Source: Antedon mediterranea | Taxonomy: Eukaryota; Animalia; Echinodermata | Assembly: GCF_964355755.1 (NCBI RefSeq) | Contig: NC_092671.1 | Span: 7,626,001 to 7,690,000 of the forward strand | Reading direction: 5' to 3' | DNA: 64,000 nucleotides | Shown here: positions 36,901 to 51,900 of the stretch, piece after piece | Numbering within the stretch: the first letter of the stretch is position 1 | Layout: each line of letters begins with the position of its first letter | Made by a program: the position numbers and the translations under genes | Notes under the pieces: generated by a model | Seen by the model: the letters and a program-made list of their open reading frames with translations, nothing else | The model's database searches: none | Told to the model about the DNA's origin: nothing

Positions 36901-39900
36901 CAGTAATACAATACAAAAACAAGAAGAGGTAAATAAAAGTTACTACATTGGCCAAGGTTTTCATGATGTATTTAATAGCCTTTCACACTGGGACGCATTT
37001 GTGTCATCAACCTAGTGTGTGTAAACTTGTTTTGACTGCGTATGGAGAATGTTTATCAATATAAATATAAAAAAAATACATTATACACATGTGCAGGGTT
37101 AAAATAGACTAATGAAACCTATTTTAAAACCATGTGATCAAGTAAGTAAGATTTATTGCTTTCCAAGAACAGAACAATATAGCATAAAATATGAATGAAA
37201 ATACATACGTAGAAGAATACAAATGTTAAACTTGAAATTAAACATGGAAAGCAGGCGATCAAGAGATGGAAAAGCTGACACTTCCAGAGTAAGTAATCTC
37301 ACCTTAAATTGGAACGCAGTCGTTGGTGGTCGTTTCTGTGAATTATGTTTGGGGTTGCCTTCTGGAAAGAGAGTCTTGAGTAATAGATGGTCACACTTGT
37401 ACATTAATTGAGATAGATCACGGAATAACAGATCGTTGTTCTTATCAATGAAACCATTTACACAATAGTTTACCTGAAAAAAACAAAGTATATTCAGGAA
37501 TTATATATAACAAAGTTATTTTGCTAAAATCATAATAAAACAATTACAATATTGCAGCAATAAATACATCTTGAAATAATTCATCTGGTTTTCAAATAAA
37601 TGTTTGAGAATTATTCTTTTCAAACTAGTTTGACAAAAAAAGTGTGATGTGTCCAAATATGGTAGCGGTATTCCCAAATATGGTAGTGGTATGACATCAT
37701 CATGTCCATATATGGGCACATTACATTTTGTTATCATATACAGTTTGATAGTGTAGACAGAGCTTTACAGACATCAGTATGTTGACTTTTGTATTTCAAT
37801 ATCTTATAATTTTAAGGGTAGACTACCATCAGGCTCAAGCTACCATCATCGAGTTTGTATGTGTTTCCTTTTTATCTCTTTATCAATCTGTTTTTCTTTT
37901 CTGATGTTTCTTTATATTTTGATGATAACGATAATGAATAAAAAAAAAGGCAATATTAAGGCAGAGAAGGGCTGATCAATCCCAGTCAAAAATGACTGGT
38001 TGCACTGTTGCTGTTTACATTAAAAAGTCGCTGTTTCGTCAATTAAACAGCACTTGAGAATGTGACCTGAGAGTGTTGGTAGGTTTTACCAACATTTTTA
38101 CCTAGAAAAATTCTCAAAATAAAAACATCTCCTGTGAGAACTTACATTTCCTGCATAATGCTTTAGTCTGAAAGACTCATGGTCGATGGTCTTGTCTGAT
38201 TTGCACTTTGACCTACTCTCGTAATGAGGATGTTTTATGATTGACTTTGTGGTATTCATCTTGTTTAAGAATGTGCTGTCTGAGACATCACCAGGGCGCA
38301 GGCACTCCTCATCCAGCATGGACAGGATTCCTACATTACTCTGCAGTAAAAATAATGTATAATATAAATTATTTTTCATTTAAAATGAAAAATTACAATC
38401 TATTCTAAATCAAGATTTTTTATACTCGGATTGCCTCACATCATTAAAATAGGACTTTATGCCATTGATTTGCTTAAAAGTGAAATATGTATATAATGTT
38501 TAAGGTTACCTTTTCAATTAGATCACATATTGCAATGTTATTAAAGAATTCAATGTTGGTCCATTCAATGCCTTCCACAATGTACTCTTCTTGTTCCTCC
38601 TTTAGCGTCAACTCAATGAAGATTTGTTGAAGCTTCTCATTGCAATAATTGATTATGAACTGTTCAAAGCCGTTTCCCTAAAGAAAAACAGTTGTTTATG
38701 TTAATTCATAAGAGATGCATCCAAGATGAAAAACTAAAACCATACAAATTAGCAATTTGCCCACTACACTTAAAACCCAGAATAATATTTTACCATGGTG
38801 TTCTACTGTATAACATAGGTTGGTGACCAATGTAAGTAAAAGTGTTTGCAGAACATGGAGGAGCTAACTGAACATGCAACAAAACTAACCTCAAATATTT
38901 CAAATCCATAGATGTCCAGAACACCCATGACTTTCCTTCCTGAACCATCACGAACCTGATGAAAGAAGATGAAAATATTTAAAATACTATTATTATTTTA
39001 TACATATCTTTTGTAAAGGTAAAGATATTCATTATCGTCCTCCTCATAATTAATTGGAAACAAAGGAAATTCGGAAAGAGATACTTTTTTCCCCACACAA
39101 ATTGTTCTCAATGCACTGTACATTCAGTCAAATTATGAGTAGTGCAAAACATTCAACTTTAAACAAGTCATACATATGATGGATATAACTGGTTGGTTTG
39201 TTTCAAAATTGAAATCGCAAAATTCATTGAATGGACAGAAAAAGAAACTGCTATATATGTGTGGGAATTTTTGGTTTGGTGTCTATAGTGCTTACAAGTT
39301 ACATGAGAGATTTAGGTTCAAATCCTTTTGAATCCTAAAATCTCTATCACATGCCAACACAATTACTAGCATGCAATAAGACTTTGACTAGACTTAGCTA
39401 GCCTTGGTTGACATAAGTGAAAAAAAAAAGCCAAGCGTGCTACCAAAGAATAAAGGTAAGTGTTCACAACCAGGAAATAATCATTTTTAAAAATTGCAAA
39501 TGTGGTTCTTCATTAATGATTACAAAATAATTCTATAATTGATGGCCAATTATGGCAATATAGAATCCTTTTTCGAACATAGATTAAGGGACTTGCTTAA
39601 GCTATGTCCCCACATCATGTTATATCACTACCATTGGCCATATCACGACCATATTTGGGCATATCACACTTTTTTTTCCCAAACTAGTTTGATAGTGTAT
39701 ACAGAGCTTCGGACCTTGGAACAATAACTAAAAGTACATGGTTGATGGTGATAATGTGATGGACTTCAGGCATCTACAATACATGCATTTAAGTGTGATT
39801 TTGGGGGGATACAGTAGGTCAAAGGTGAAATAACCCATAGTTAAACAAGGTGAAAGGTCATTGTTGTGAATATATATTTATGTATGTGTGTATACCTTCT

Positions 39901-42900
39901 TTCTTGTATAAGACTGACAGGTAAAAAGATATATAAGGAAAAGTATTACAATAATGATAAATATTGTTTGAAGGTTTGCATGGCGAAATCAAATGTTGAT
40001 AGAAATTTTCTACACCACGTATATTAGTTCTGAAAAGAACTGTTGAGTTTCTCTCTCAACAGTTCTTTTCAGAACTAATATATTTGGGTACCGCAACATT
40101 TATATCAAAAATGATAAATGTATGATACCTAATACAGTAGAATATATATATGTAAATTTACGTAAGGGTAAAATTCTAAAATAATAATGTATGTATCTTA
40201 AACCAATCATGCATTTGTATTTAACTATTTATATTATGATATCTGTTTATCAGACTAAATCCTTGTAAAATAAAAATTTTTTACCAAATTGTAATAAAAT
40301 TAATTTATAGTGTAAGAAGCAAACACCATAACATATTAAATAGTAGATATATCTTATCTATTTAATAAAATATAAGTAAATAAATTATTATTAGATTCTT
40401 CCACCATTTAATATATACGTGCATACAATATGTTTCCATAGTTACATAACTTTTTCAAATGTTTTGCTGTAAAGATTTTAATTATATAACCTTATATATT
40501 ATATTCATAGAATTATATATATTTATTATTTTTTTATATATTATTATACATCCCAAATATTAATATGTTTTATTTTACCAAAGCAATATAATATTGAACT
40601 ATCATTATGTATTATAACACACCTGAGTGTATCCTTGCAATTTGATTGGTTAATTATGCATCATATGTCATTCGGTATTAGTTCTAACCTATTTATTCTC
40701 AAATTCTCTTAATTATTATTAATGTTGTTATTGTTATACGTTAATAGGCATAGAGAAATTCTAAACCGCCAAGTTGATATACTGGAAACTTCTATTGTTA
40801 TATATACTGTTATATATAATATATAATTACTATGTTTATTACAATACAACTAAAAATACTAGTATTTTCATTACAAATTGTTTTATAATAATGGGTTGTT
40901 ATATATATTATATATATTTGTTTGTATAATATTAAAGCACCAGATTAGAGTACCAAATTAGAGTATTTTTGTAATACCGGTACCTTATTTTTTGCATTGT
41001 CTTTGGATTCCTGTGTTTAAAATAAATAAATTAATCAATGATTACTACTAAACTTGATTCTTTACAAGGTTACAACAAGTGGGGTTAATATTAAAGTTTG
41101 CTTGAAACACAATAAACGATACAGAAAATATAATTAAACAAGTTAAAAACTTATAAGATATAGTACAGACTAGATAAACAAATAAAAACTGAGTAAGTTC
41201 AAGACTGGTTAGTATAACGAACGATAATGACACTTTCAATGACTGTAAGATGATCGGCACATACGATTGGTAGTATGTAGATGAAATTACATATCTTTAA
41301 AAGTATAGACTAAAATTTATAAAGGAAAATGGGCATTTTAAACAGGTATTGAAAAATCTACAAATGAACTCAACAGATTTCAATTGGGACACAAGATGAG
41401 AAAGGGAAGACGAAATGGGAAATATATACAGTATGTACAGTATGTTAATAATAATCCACCAGTAATTCTTTAAAGCTCTGTCTACACTATCAAAATTTAT
41501 GTGACAAAAAAATGTGATGTGCCCATATATGGACATGATGATGTCATATCACTACCATATTTAAGCATATCACTACCATATTTGGGTACATCACACTTTT
41601 TTGTCAAACTTGTTTGATAGTGTAGACAGAGCTTAAGAAATGAATAACAATTATTTAGTAAATCACAAATTTCTTATTTTAAAAGCTATAAAGTCTTACA
41701 AATTTTATTTTACAATTTGATTATTATTGTCGTCTGAAAATTATGACGTTTATATAACTCATAAACATTTATTCTTTGTTTAGGTATAATAATATGTACC
41801 AGTATTTTTATAATGGACATATATGGCAACAGCACTCAAGTACAAACAAGGGTTGTAATGAAATCTTCAACAATTTCATAAGCTCTGCTATGCTTGTATT
41901 TCCAACTGGAGTACTCAAATTGAGGTTGTGTTGTAGTTGTTAGGTTGAACAGTAAAAATTGTTGTTGTCAATACATAAATGTAATAAAATTAACATTAGC
42001 TTTTACAAACAAGAAATTTGCCATCTACTAAATAAGCTAAAACTAATCTGTTTGATAATATTAGTATCAACAATATATGTTAGGATGATAGATAATTACT
42101 ACATAAAGAAAGAATTAGTTATTTGGAAACATCTAAAAATGATATACAGACACACAAAAATATACACAAGTAAAATATTAACACAACATTGTGCTATGCA
42201 AACTCTCACCTCCTATTTTGTAGCCAAGAAAATCCAGCATGAAAAGAATTAAAACATAAAAACAATAAAAACCATAAAAAGAAATCCGCAATTAAGAAAT
42301 TAAGTAAAATGTTAAACAACCATATTTTAATATTCCTTTTTTAAAAATTTATTTAAATAACTTTTTCATTTATTTTTGGCAAAACAGAGAATTTCCAATT
42401 GAATGTAAAAAACATTGAAAGTTTTAAAAAACCATACTAATCCATTATACTCCCAATAGCCTATTAAATATAAAGATGTATTTTTTCTCAATGAAAATGA
42501 CAAAAAACAATGCAACTCAAAGCCTCATGGTCAAAGTAAGCTCAATTTAATTTTTATGACTTTATTTTTGCAATTTTCAAGAGGTAATACATCTTTAAAA
42601 TGTACATAAATAATTTATCACTATATATAAAAGAAAAAATTATTCCCAATTTTAATATTATAAGTATAGTTCATACATTTTGTTGCATGAAAAAATGTCT
42701 CCAGCAGGATTTGAACCAGTATTGTGTAATTGACAGGCTAAGCTTCATACATTACTTTCAATGATTTGAAAACCACAGAGACATTGTTTTATACAACAAA
42801 CGCTAGTTTATACATACCCGTATACTGCTGTTGATCGTTTTGATGGCCCAAGTAAAGAGTCGGTCGTAGATAGCCTTACAGAGGGCATCACGGGCATACG

Positions 42901-45900
42901 ATGCTTGCGATGGCGTTAACGTTGTTGTAACCTTCTCACCCTTCTGTCCGATAGTCCGTTTAGTTAATGCATGAATCATGTCCTGTTGCGAGCATTCCAG
43001 CTGATCACAAACATCTAAAAGTTCTAAAAGACATCAATTACAATTCAGTATAAAAATGAGATACATGCAAATGAAAACCAAATGACAATCATATGTAGTA
43101 CATGATGTATTTCTTATACTTTCCATAATATAGAATTCTAGTTTTATAAATCAAATTCAACTCCAAAATCAACTTTAAACCTATAATCATGATCATATTC
43201 ATTACCACTGCAGTGTTACATCAAGGCAACCTAACAACAGAACACTGAGCTCGCCTTGCCAAGATAGGAACTCTTAACAGTCATTTGATCTTATGTCTGT
43301 TGTAAAATACCACCAGTACGGTACTATGTACATATTCTATGTGACACACAGTGCCTGTTAAGGGGTGTGGAACTGATCGTGTTATAGCAACAGATAAACC
43401 CTTTGATCTCCGGAGCTCAGCAGCTTGTTGATAGATTTCCTTGGTTATATATTCTGAAATCATCTTGCAGAACCTTTATACCATTTTTGTTATTGTCACC
43501 TTTAACCAGTTATCTCACTGAAGGCAGTAAAGGACATTCAGAATTGATATAGCTACATTAAAAAATTGTAACTTACCATTTTCTCGTTGAATTTTGACTC
43601 CATCTGTTCCATTCATTGTATTGAAGCTGTTAAATTCAACATTACCAAGCTTCAATATACTACCTAAAAGTTTATAAACTGAAAGAATTTCCTCATCTGT
43701 AAAACCAAGAACTTGCATTGCTTTCTGTAGATAAATTATATACAAAACAGTTAGCAATTTGTGCATTTAAGGGTACTATTGACATTGGAGATGTTTCATT
43801 CATCAGTGTTCATAATGTGTACTAGACAGTCTTTAACAAAAGATGCAGAACTAGAAATAGAAGTATTTTACTATATTACATATACACTGTATTGTAATAT
43901 TTGAAATAAATTTGATGGTTCACATTGGAGAAATCATGTATAGCTATATATGTTTGATGAATCAGTGTTCTAATGTGTACCAGACAGTCTTATAAAAATA
44001 TGCAGACCTACTGTAGAAGTATTTAACTATATTACAAATTGACTGTATACTTTATTAGAATTTAAGTTGATAACACTTGCAAACAAATTATAAATAATTC
44101 TTGTGTGGGACTCAAACCAACAACCTCCAGGTCACTAGCCTGGGGTTCATACCTAGACCACCGATCTGACGTTGAGGGCTAGGGGCCAAGGAAGTAGCGA
44201 GTACACCAACAATGTTTCTTACACACGTAAGGGCACCTGAATATCAACTGGTATTATTCTGTCCAGATGGAAGGGTTACTTTCTAACCTGTGTGACTGCT
44301 AACTGCTCTTTGTCATTGATGTTGTCTATTTGTTGCGTTCCACTCTGATTCAAATAATGGTAATCATTTGGATTTCTGGTCAAATCTAACTCATCTGTGG
44401 ACAAATATTAATACCATAAGCATTAAAAAAACGTGGTACTGAATGTTGGCCTTAACTATAATGCTTGGTACCCATCAGGCTTCCTCTACCACTCCAAACG
44501 TTATATACAGGTTTGTTACTGTTAAATAATTCATAAATACATATGCCATTGCTGCAGAGTGTAGTTCTTTTATGGTTAGTTTCGGTTACGTGTGCACATT
44601 TTGTTTAATACCACACAAAAGAACCAGAGAATTAGGATATATATATTTATATATATTTATATATATATTTCAATTAAAAACTCAATGAAGGTTTGTATTG
44701 TATTTAAGTTGAACAAAAGAATAATTGGATTTGAAATCAATTTAATTATTAAATATTTTAGATTAAATATATTAGAGATTGAAGAAAATTAACCAACATA
44801 CCATCCAAAAAGGAAAGCAACAAAAGAAAATAAGAACTTAGACAGTAAAAAACGAAAATAATAATAATAAAAAGAAAATAAAGTATCAATCATAAACATA
44901 ATATTAATAATGACTAATTTTACATTTCAAATTTCACAAGTTTTCAAGTTTGAATCTCAGTTAGGTGGCTTTTTCTCATTATCCCAGATCAGTATATCAG
45001 AAGGCAGTTTAGATTTTTAATCAATTTGATCTTCTTAATTCACTTTTTTGAATTGTGGATGCTGGACCCAAAACAAGTATAATGAACAAACAGCAATTTA
45101 TTTTAAATGAGCATTTTAAAAAAGGTTGTAGTTGTATATTTCAACCTTTCCAACCCTCTGAATAATAGCAGAAAACATAAACAAATACAGACTGACTATT
45201 ATTAAAAACTAAACAATATCTACATCATTTCAGTAACTAATGATAATTAATAGCAGAACACAATCAAAAAGGGTACTAATCAGCTATTGTCAAATAATGA
45301 TGGTGAAATCTTTATTGTACTGTATAAGCATGTTAAAAGTGACGTAAGATTTTAACTTTTATATATTAAATAACACAATATTGTATTAGTACATATATTG
45401 TGCTATCTAAGATAACACAGTAGACAGGCCTTCTGTCTTAAGGCATAGTGCGAACACACACACCTAATACACACAGAGAAAAGGCGATTGAGGTAAACTT
45501 CTACACACCAAGATATGACAAACAGTACAACTCTGAATGCGTTGAGTACCATTTAAAGCACACCTGTCATTTTTAAAGGACTAGGCATAAGTAGGCCTCT
45601 AACATTTCTAGAATTTTGAAGCAAGCCAATGACTACAGTATCAATCCACCAAGTGTCACATTAACACCACTTCTTTTATAGCCTATTTAAATAAAATTTC
45701 ATTTACATTGTCTACACACTATTGATTTATTTCAAAGCCTTCTGTTAAATTTCATATATCTAAAAATAACTCAACTTATTACAGTTTAAATATGGCAATA
45801 TCTGCTACAGCATTTAACAAAAAACTATTCTATGATGTGGATTCAAATACTACATTATGAAATTATAATTAAAAAGCATAACAGTATTAAGGCGTATTGT

Positions 45901-48900
45901 GACTAAACCTATGATTACATCTTGACGGAAGCTCGGAAGACAAAGAGCAGAAAAAAGCTTAATAACCAAACAAAAGATACTGATATTTTGTTAATACACA
46001 ACTATAGCGTACGCTTTGTAATTTTCCAATCTATTTTAATTCAAGCATTTGAATCTGAGCTAGAGTATTCTGACATCGATTTTGAGTCAATTTGAAAAAT
46101 ACACATTCATTTAACTGATTTACTGTCAAGTTAAATCTAATTCAAATATAAATATTTGATAATGAACACTATAATTAGGCGTGTGTATGCTACAAATTGG
46201 GCGTGGCCACTTATTATACATGGTGACAATCCTATAATGAGTGTAAAATTTAAAAGTTTACGAAGCAATATGAATTATTGTGAAAAGTATGTTATGAATG
46301 TGTTATATATTATGAGTTAATTAATAAAAGAAAAATGTAGACAAAACCACAAATAATACTAATGTTAACAGAAAATGAACAATCTTCTATTAATGTATTT
46401 TGAAAATCGTTATGTAGCAAATAAAATGGAACAATAAAGCACACATCTTAAATAGAGCCAAGTAATCATGAGGTTGGAATTATGAAATAATAGTAGTACA
46501 GTATAAGTAGTTTCATTTTTCTTTACCTCTATATAAGAATAAAACATGTTTATATCACAAGAAAATTTATAAAAGCCCCATTTTTTTATAGAAAAGCAGT
46601 AAAATAAACCACACAGCAAAATAAATCAAATTATATAGGTAAGTAACTGCAATTGAAATCAAACATAGAAACAAAATAAAGATTTGATGTATATTTTCAA
46701 ACCCTGCAAATTTAGTACCAAATCATATTTAAAGAATGTAGAAAATGTGTGAAGACGAAGTGATTGACTGCTTTTGCGTGCTATAGCAGCAGATATGAAT
46801 TACAGTGGACTAATATCTCTTCATTAAAATTGTTTGAGCCGACTAGCCCATGATAGCAATCAATGTAAAAAAAGAAAAATAGCAGAAAATGGATCCCAGC
46901 TGACACACTTGACTGGTATGTTGTACTTACCCTCTGAAGAAAGGACAAGTGTACAATGAAAGAGAAAATAGACAAAAGGGATGGTCATAAAATATATTCC
47001 TCAATCACTCAGAACACAAAACAGATGCATGTCTGACTTTGCAATGCATAATTATGGATTTTTAGGAAAGAAAATGGTTTATAAATTTGGAAATAAGAGA
47101 GAGGTATAAAATAAATTAGTATAAACATGTGACGGATGTTTATCTATTTAAGATGCAGTGTATTTTAACATTTCAACATGGTTTGAAAGTTAGTGATGGT
47201 AGAGTACAGTATTTAATATACATTTGACAGTTAAACTCTTTTCCATTAAAATCTTATATATTGTAATGAAGAATCGCTTTTAAACATCCTTGCATCATAG
47301 CAAGATATCATCAAAGAAAAGTATTATGACATCATCAATGCCAATTAGTCAGACATAATTATTATAAATACAATCACATTTTTTATTAATTAAAACCTTC
47401 ACAAAATAAAGAAAACCAGGTTGATTAATCATCATATTCATGAAAAATAAAGTAAAACACATTTATCATAATACATATCTTTCTAGAAGTTGTTTAATGA
47501 GAAACAGACAAGAATAAATTATTATGGAATTAATTAAATATTATTATCTACATAATGTCTGACCTAAATGTAGTTAATCAGTCACCCAACTAATTTGCAT
47601 ATTGAGTCATACTTACTCATCAAAACATCTGGGGCACCTGCCAGCAATTGATAGAAGATGTGAAAGTTCCTTTCTCCTGGAGCTTGTGTTACCACTCTGG
47701 ACTTCTCTAGTAAATCTTCAAAACAGATGAATTGACAATAAGTTGGTTTATATAATAATAATAATAATAATATTTCAGTATGCGATTATATTTTTGTCCA
47801 ACAGTAACTTTTTAATCAATTACATGATGGATAAACTATATCATACTTAAAAGTCTCATTTTAGGCTTAAAGAGTGGAGTAGAAACAGTATTACCGGTAA
47901 ACCTAGCACCTTTGGATTTGAAGGCAAGGACATTAAAGAGGGTTTAATGCACCACAAAGACAGATGGTGGGGTACCAATTTGTTTTCATATTAAGATAGT
48001 TAAATATAATAAGACTTAAAATCAGTTTCACTATCTTAATGCACATAATATTAAAAAGTGAGTATTCACAACATATCTTTTATGACTCACTCATCAATGT
48101 TTTCTTACGCATTGTCAATGATACCAGGAAATCGGAACAAACTCTATTCATGTACAAACATATATTCCCATTGTACGTGCAAGATTTGCGTACGAATATG
48201 CAACGGTTTGATGCTTCCTGGTGCTAGTATTTATATACAGTATTACATTAAAGGGACACTTTCAAGAACAAACAATGAGTCCCCTTCATAGGTGTGACCT
48301 AGAATAGATTTCCCCTCACATAATTCATGGGAAAGTATCCCCTTAATATGGGTATCCCAAAAAGAGGGGTTCATTTTGTTTGTATTTAGGATACATTTCT
48401 AATAATCTTACAGTTTGTGATAACTCCACCCATTGGGTCTCCTTTAAAGTCAAATTCAATGTCCATATACTTTCCCTGAAAGAAAATAAATATAAAACAC
48501 ACGAGTGAAAATCCATAACTAATTTTCAACTTAATAAAGTCATTTATTTTTTTTTTTTAAATCATGAAAAGCAAACAATAAGAGATTAAGTGATCTTGTA
48601 TTTTATTAATTCAATCCTATTGTAATTAATTCCGTCTTTGAAGTAGTTTGAGTTTAATCTCAAAATGTCTAGTAGGGATAACTTAACCTTGTCTTTAAAC
48701 ATGGAAATTGTATATTTGATACTACATAGTCTTGCAGGCTTAATATCACTCCTTATTTAATCCAATAAAGCCATTTTGAGTGCTTATTTGAAAGTTAAGT
48801 GATTACCCATAAATCAGATGTTAAAGAAGTAGAGGGGCTAAGTCTCAACGCAAGTCTGTCAACGATCCAAGTATTTTTAAGAGAACATTTAACAATGTCA

Positions 48901-51900
48901 AAAGAATGTTATTGATTGATCACTTTATTTCAGAATAAATATTCCATACATATAACAAATACAAAACGGAAAATCACACTAAAATAGGACTTTCTCCCAT
49001 TTAGTGAAGAGATTTGAACATTCAGCCAAATAATTTATTTATAAGTTATACATAACGGGTAAATAAACAAACAATACAATATCAATATTGAAGTGATAGC
49101 CAATCATAGCTAAGGGGCAGCAGGTGAAGAAAATACTGAACCAAACATTGAAGGGATAGCCAAGAAAAGCTATTGGGCAGGGTAAAACAAATATTGAACA
49201 ATTATTCTATGAAAATAATATTATTAAATTAAAAATGATATGTAAGCAGAAACAATATGTTTAGCCAAGCTAAACTTGCATTAGCTCGGCAAGTAGCACA
49301 GAAGCCTACAGTGTCACATAGATAAATCACACAAAACAACATAAATGGCACTTTTTAGCCTAAGGATAAAATGATATTCGTATTAAATGTACAATCTAAT
49401 AACAAATTTCATACATTATTACTATTTTTCTTCCACAATGAAACATTTTAGAACCATGCAGGTGTGTTCATTCAAAATAAAAACTAGGCTATATTACTCA
49501 AAACCAGTAGGACATGCTAGGCTGTGTTTTCTTAGGCCAAAGCAATACCGAGAGTTGTATACTACAGGCCTATATGTTGACATAGGTAGGCTACTAGCAG
49601 AGCAGTATCGATGCTGAATGGACACTACTTGTCCCTGTGGATCTTAATAGATGACAGAGTGCCATAGGTACTTTTTTTTTAGGTTCCTGATAAGCACATG
49701 GGTGACTAACCTAACGTTTTTTGCCTTAGTAGTCGAGTTATAGATAATATGAGGTATTGGATGGTTTTTCAATATGATAAGTTTCTATTGAGTGATCTAT
49801 TTTAAATCTTGTCCACTGCTGGTCAGCGATAACTATCAGTACCCTCTGTAACATGCACTTAATGTACAATCTATGACTAGATAGGCAATCCACATTCATC
49901 ATAAACTAGAACGGCACTCCGAGAGTGCATACCTACCGCCTACTGTAAAATTTCCATACATAAGATTTCTCTTGAAAATATATATATTTTTTTCACTTTA
50001 CTTAATTTCACTACAACTTTGTGAATGTGAGTTTGGTGTAATGGTTATATATCCATGGTTCAATTCCTGCTGAGGATCCTTTTTCTTCCATCATCTTTTT
50101 TATTTATTTTTTAAAATTTTATTATTATTATTATTTTTCAGCACTAGATATCCATGTTTGAACACTAGCAAGTCTTGAAAATAATAAAACTAAGTGGTCC
50201 AGAATTGGGATCCTGGTCCGGACTGCCTCCAAAATTTAATTAAGTGGCCCTTGACCAGATATCTACCTGTGGTTACAATTATTTGGTAAAGATCTGGCAA
50301 TAACTTTTTGATTAATCCTACTAACAAACAGACTCGCACACACACGATCAACTACATGGTGGTAATAATGGAAGATTCAAACTTTTAGAAGTATCTTTTG
50401 TCAGTAGGTATAATAAACATTTATACTTACAAATCGTGATGAGTTGTCGTTTCTATTTGTTTTTGCATTTCCAAAAGCTGTAAGAAATTTTCAAAACCAT
50501 TTTCTTTGTCAAATATATGTGTATAATATTGAATATATATGAACAACACTAAAAGAATTATTTCATTTCTAGGGACAATAAAATTCATCTTGGAATTTTT
50601 GGGCTATTAAATAATGAAAACAATCTTGAGAATGAAACATGTAGGTATGAAAAATTTGAAAGTTTGACTTCATAAATTTTATAAATTTCTGAATTTGAGT
50701 TTCTTGAATTTTTATCAAATCTAATTTTTTTCTTAAATGATATAATTAAAGACAATTTCATCATCATAAACAATCCACTTGTAACAGGCGTATCTTGTTT
50801 CGAAACACATGAATTCTTGCCACGCAAGCATCGTTTCATTGATAACAAGTGCGTAATTGAGTTGTGAAATGAGACAACTGAATGCTTAGCCCTTAGGCAT
50901 GGAGGCTAAGATATCAGAAGTGGATATCCATCAGCTAATCACTGCTCAATTACCTACTGATTCAGGTAGATCACGCATCTTAGGCTGCCAATCTCAACAA
51001 GGCCAAAGGTTGCATGCAAAATCACACAACATTACCGTAACATATTACAATAATTGGGTATACTATGGTATCTTAGATATCAGCAGAGATATTGTGTATT
51101 GAATAGTTCATATTTTGATATCATATTTCAAGGCAAAGTAGGCCAAATATTTATATAAGGTGAAACACATTAAAATCTAAGTAGAAAGTACTTGTGGAGA
51201 TACAGTATAAGCCCATGTTGAGATATAAACCAAACTCTTGTCCCATCCTGGGGTAAAGCCCAACCCACTACTGTATACTGTTCCTCAGTTACAAGTCAAC
51301 CCAATTTCAATTTCTAAAAACAATATTTAAAAATTCTTGTAGACAACCTATATTTTAAATAAGTCACTGTTACTGCTCATTTCTACAAACAAATCTATTA
51401 ATTAGCTCTTATCTTTGTCACTTTCAATGTTACGTCAAAATAATCCTCTTGATACTCATTCACCTTGTCTAGCTTACCTTCGAGCACCGGATTACTCTGA
51501 AGAAGTTGCTCTTTGACTGTATCCACATCCCTGCCCTTACCACAAACTGCAGCGACATACTGCATAACAATCTTACTTGCCTCTGTCAAGATCAAGTCAA
51601 AATAGTGTTAAGCTCTGTACCCAAATATGGTAGTAATATGACATCATCATGTTCATATATGAGCACGTCACATTTTTTTATATCTAAAGTTCTGAGAGTG
51701 TAGACAAAGCTTCAACATACACAAAAATGCTAGACAAAGATCCGATTAAAATCGGAGTGGTTAAAGCCAAATACAAGGATCCTCCATATGACATTTGATT
51801 GCATTAAAAAAGATACTGACCTGTTTTTCCTGCGCCAGACTCGCCAGAGATTATAACGCATTGATCACGGTTTTTGTCCCTCATTGCCCGGTATGCATCG

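Noticed and set aside
44098-44170. tRNA gene
   Set aside because: Only A- and B-box-like motifs, with no complete acceptor or anticodon stems; treated as a SINE relic.
44802-44804. Possible 3-nt microexon ATG followed by GTATGT after a long pyrimidine tract
   Set aside because: The acceptor reads GG, not AG, and the next upstream AG gives a 35-nt frameshifting exon. It could be decayed or a sequence error, but cannot be supported.
46527-46528. TAG|AG|GTAAAG mini-exon or recursive splice site
   Set aside because: A 2-nt exon would shift the frame, and such motifs occur by chance in AT-rich introns.
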